Assembly: GCF_000150275.1 (NCBI RefSeq)
Contig: NW_002060973.1
Span: forward strand, 186,001 to 250,000
DNA length: 64,000 nucleotides
Origin: Trichoplax adhaerens
Lineage: Eukaryota > Animalia > Placozoa
Direction of reading: 5' to 3'
Shown: positions 63,661 through 64,000 of the stretch, piece after piece
How the letters are laid out: the number at the start of each line of letters is the position of its first letter
Position numbering within the stretch: position 1 is the first letter of the stretch
Notes under the pieces: generated by a model
Database searches by the model: none
Seen by the model: only the letters and a program-made list of their open reading frames with translations
Told to the model about the DNA's origin: nothing
Program-made: the position numbers and the translations under genes

Positions 63661-64000
63661 CTGTAAATAAGCCAGCCTTGATTACTGTTCAGTATATCTC
63701 GTTCATGAATAGCGATCTATGAAGTAAGATCATGCAGCTGGAACCATAGCCAACAATATTGAACCAAATTAGAATGTAATGATCTTATCATCCTACAATA
63801 GCTAAGCATTTAACTTTCTTGATTGATTGTATTTGGTTACAAATTTGCATCGTAGTCATTAATAGTGATTTAATCAAAATAGCTATGCAATATGTGTATC
63901 GTTTACGGTATATTAACTACAGCATACAGTATGACGATTTGTTGATCGTTTAGGTGACAGGCAGGTAATTAAGCTATTATGATTTATAGAATTTCTGTGA

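Overview
Eukaryotic, AT-rich (roughly one third GC) animal genomic DNA with short GT-AG introns. Gene content and the 42-aa TPR consensus point to a placozoan such as Trichoplax (inference). From left to right: (1) about 8 kb with no assignable gene. (2) A + strand catalase gene (8001-12867) whose surviving exons are open, but which lacks the equivalents of human exons 5-6 and 10-13 and has Ile at the catalytic Asn. (3) A multi-exon - strand KMT2C/D (MLL3/4, trr-like) H3K4 methyltransferase (15210-31296) with PHD4-6, HMG, ePHD, FYRN/FYRC, WIN and SET. It apparently lacks the N-terminal PHD cluster and begins [10 protein letters not shown]. Its upstream region is motif-rich and carries a 167-bp tandem array. 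(4) Three tandem L1CAM/neuroglian-type genes on the - strand: one intact with a FIGEY motif and PDZ-type tail, one frameshifted and tailless, and one decayed remnant cut by a 180-bp tandem array. (5) A - strand gene whose 4.7-kb first exon encodes about 33 near-identical 42-aa TPR repeats with hypervariable helix-A positions. It splices through three small phase-1 exons to a C-terminal Death domain exon that the ORF track misses. This NTPase-less TPR-Death candidate immune receptor is the most interesting system in the window, and a duplicated flank suggests it belongs to a tandem array. All exon structures were read by eye; no database searches were run.
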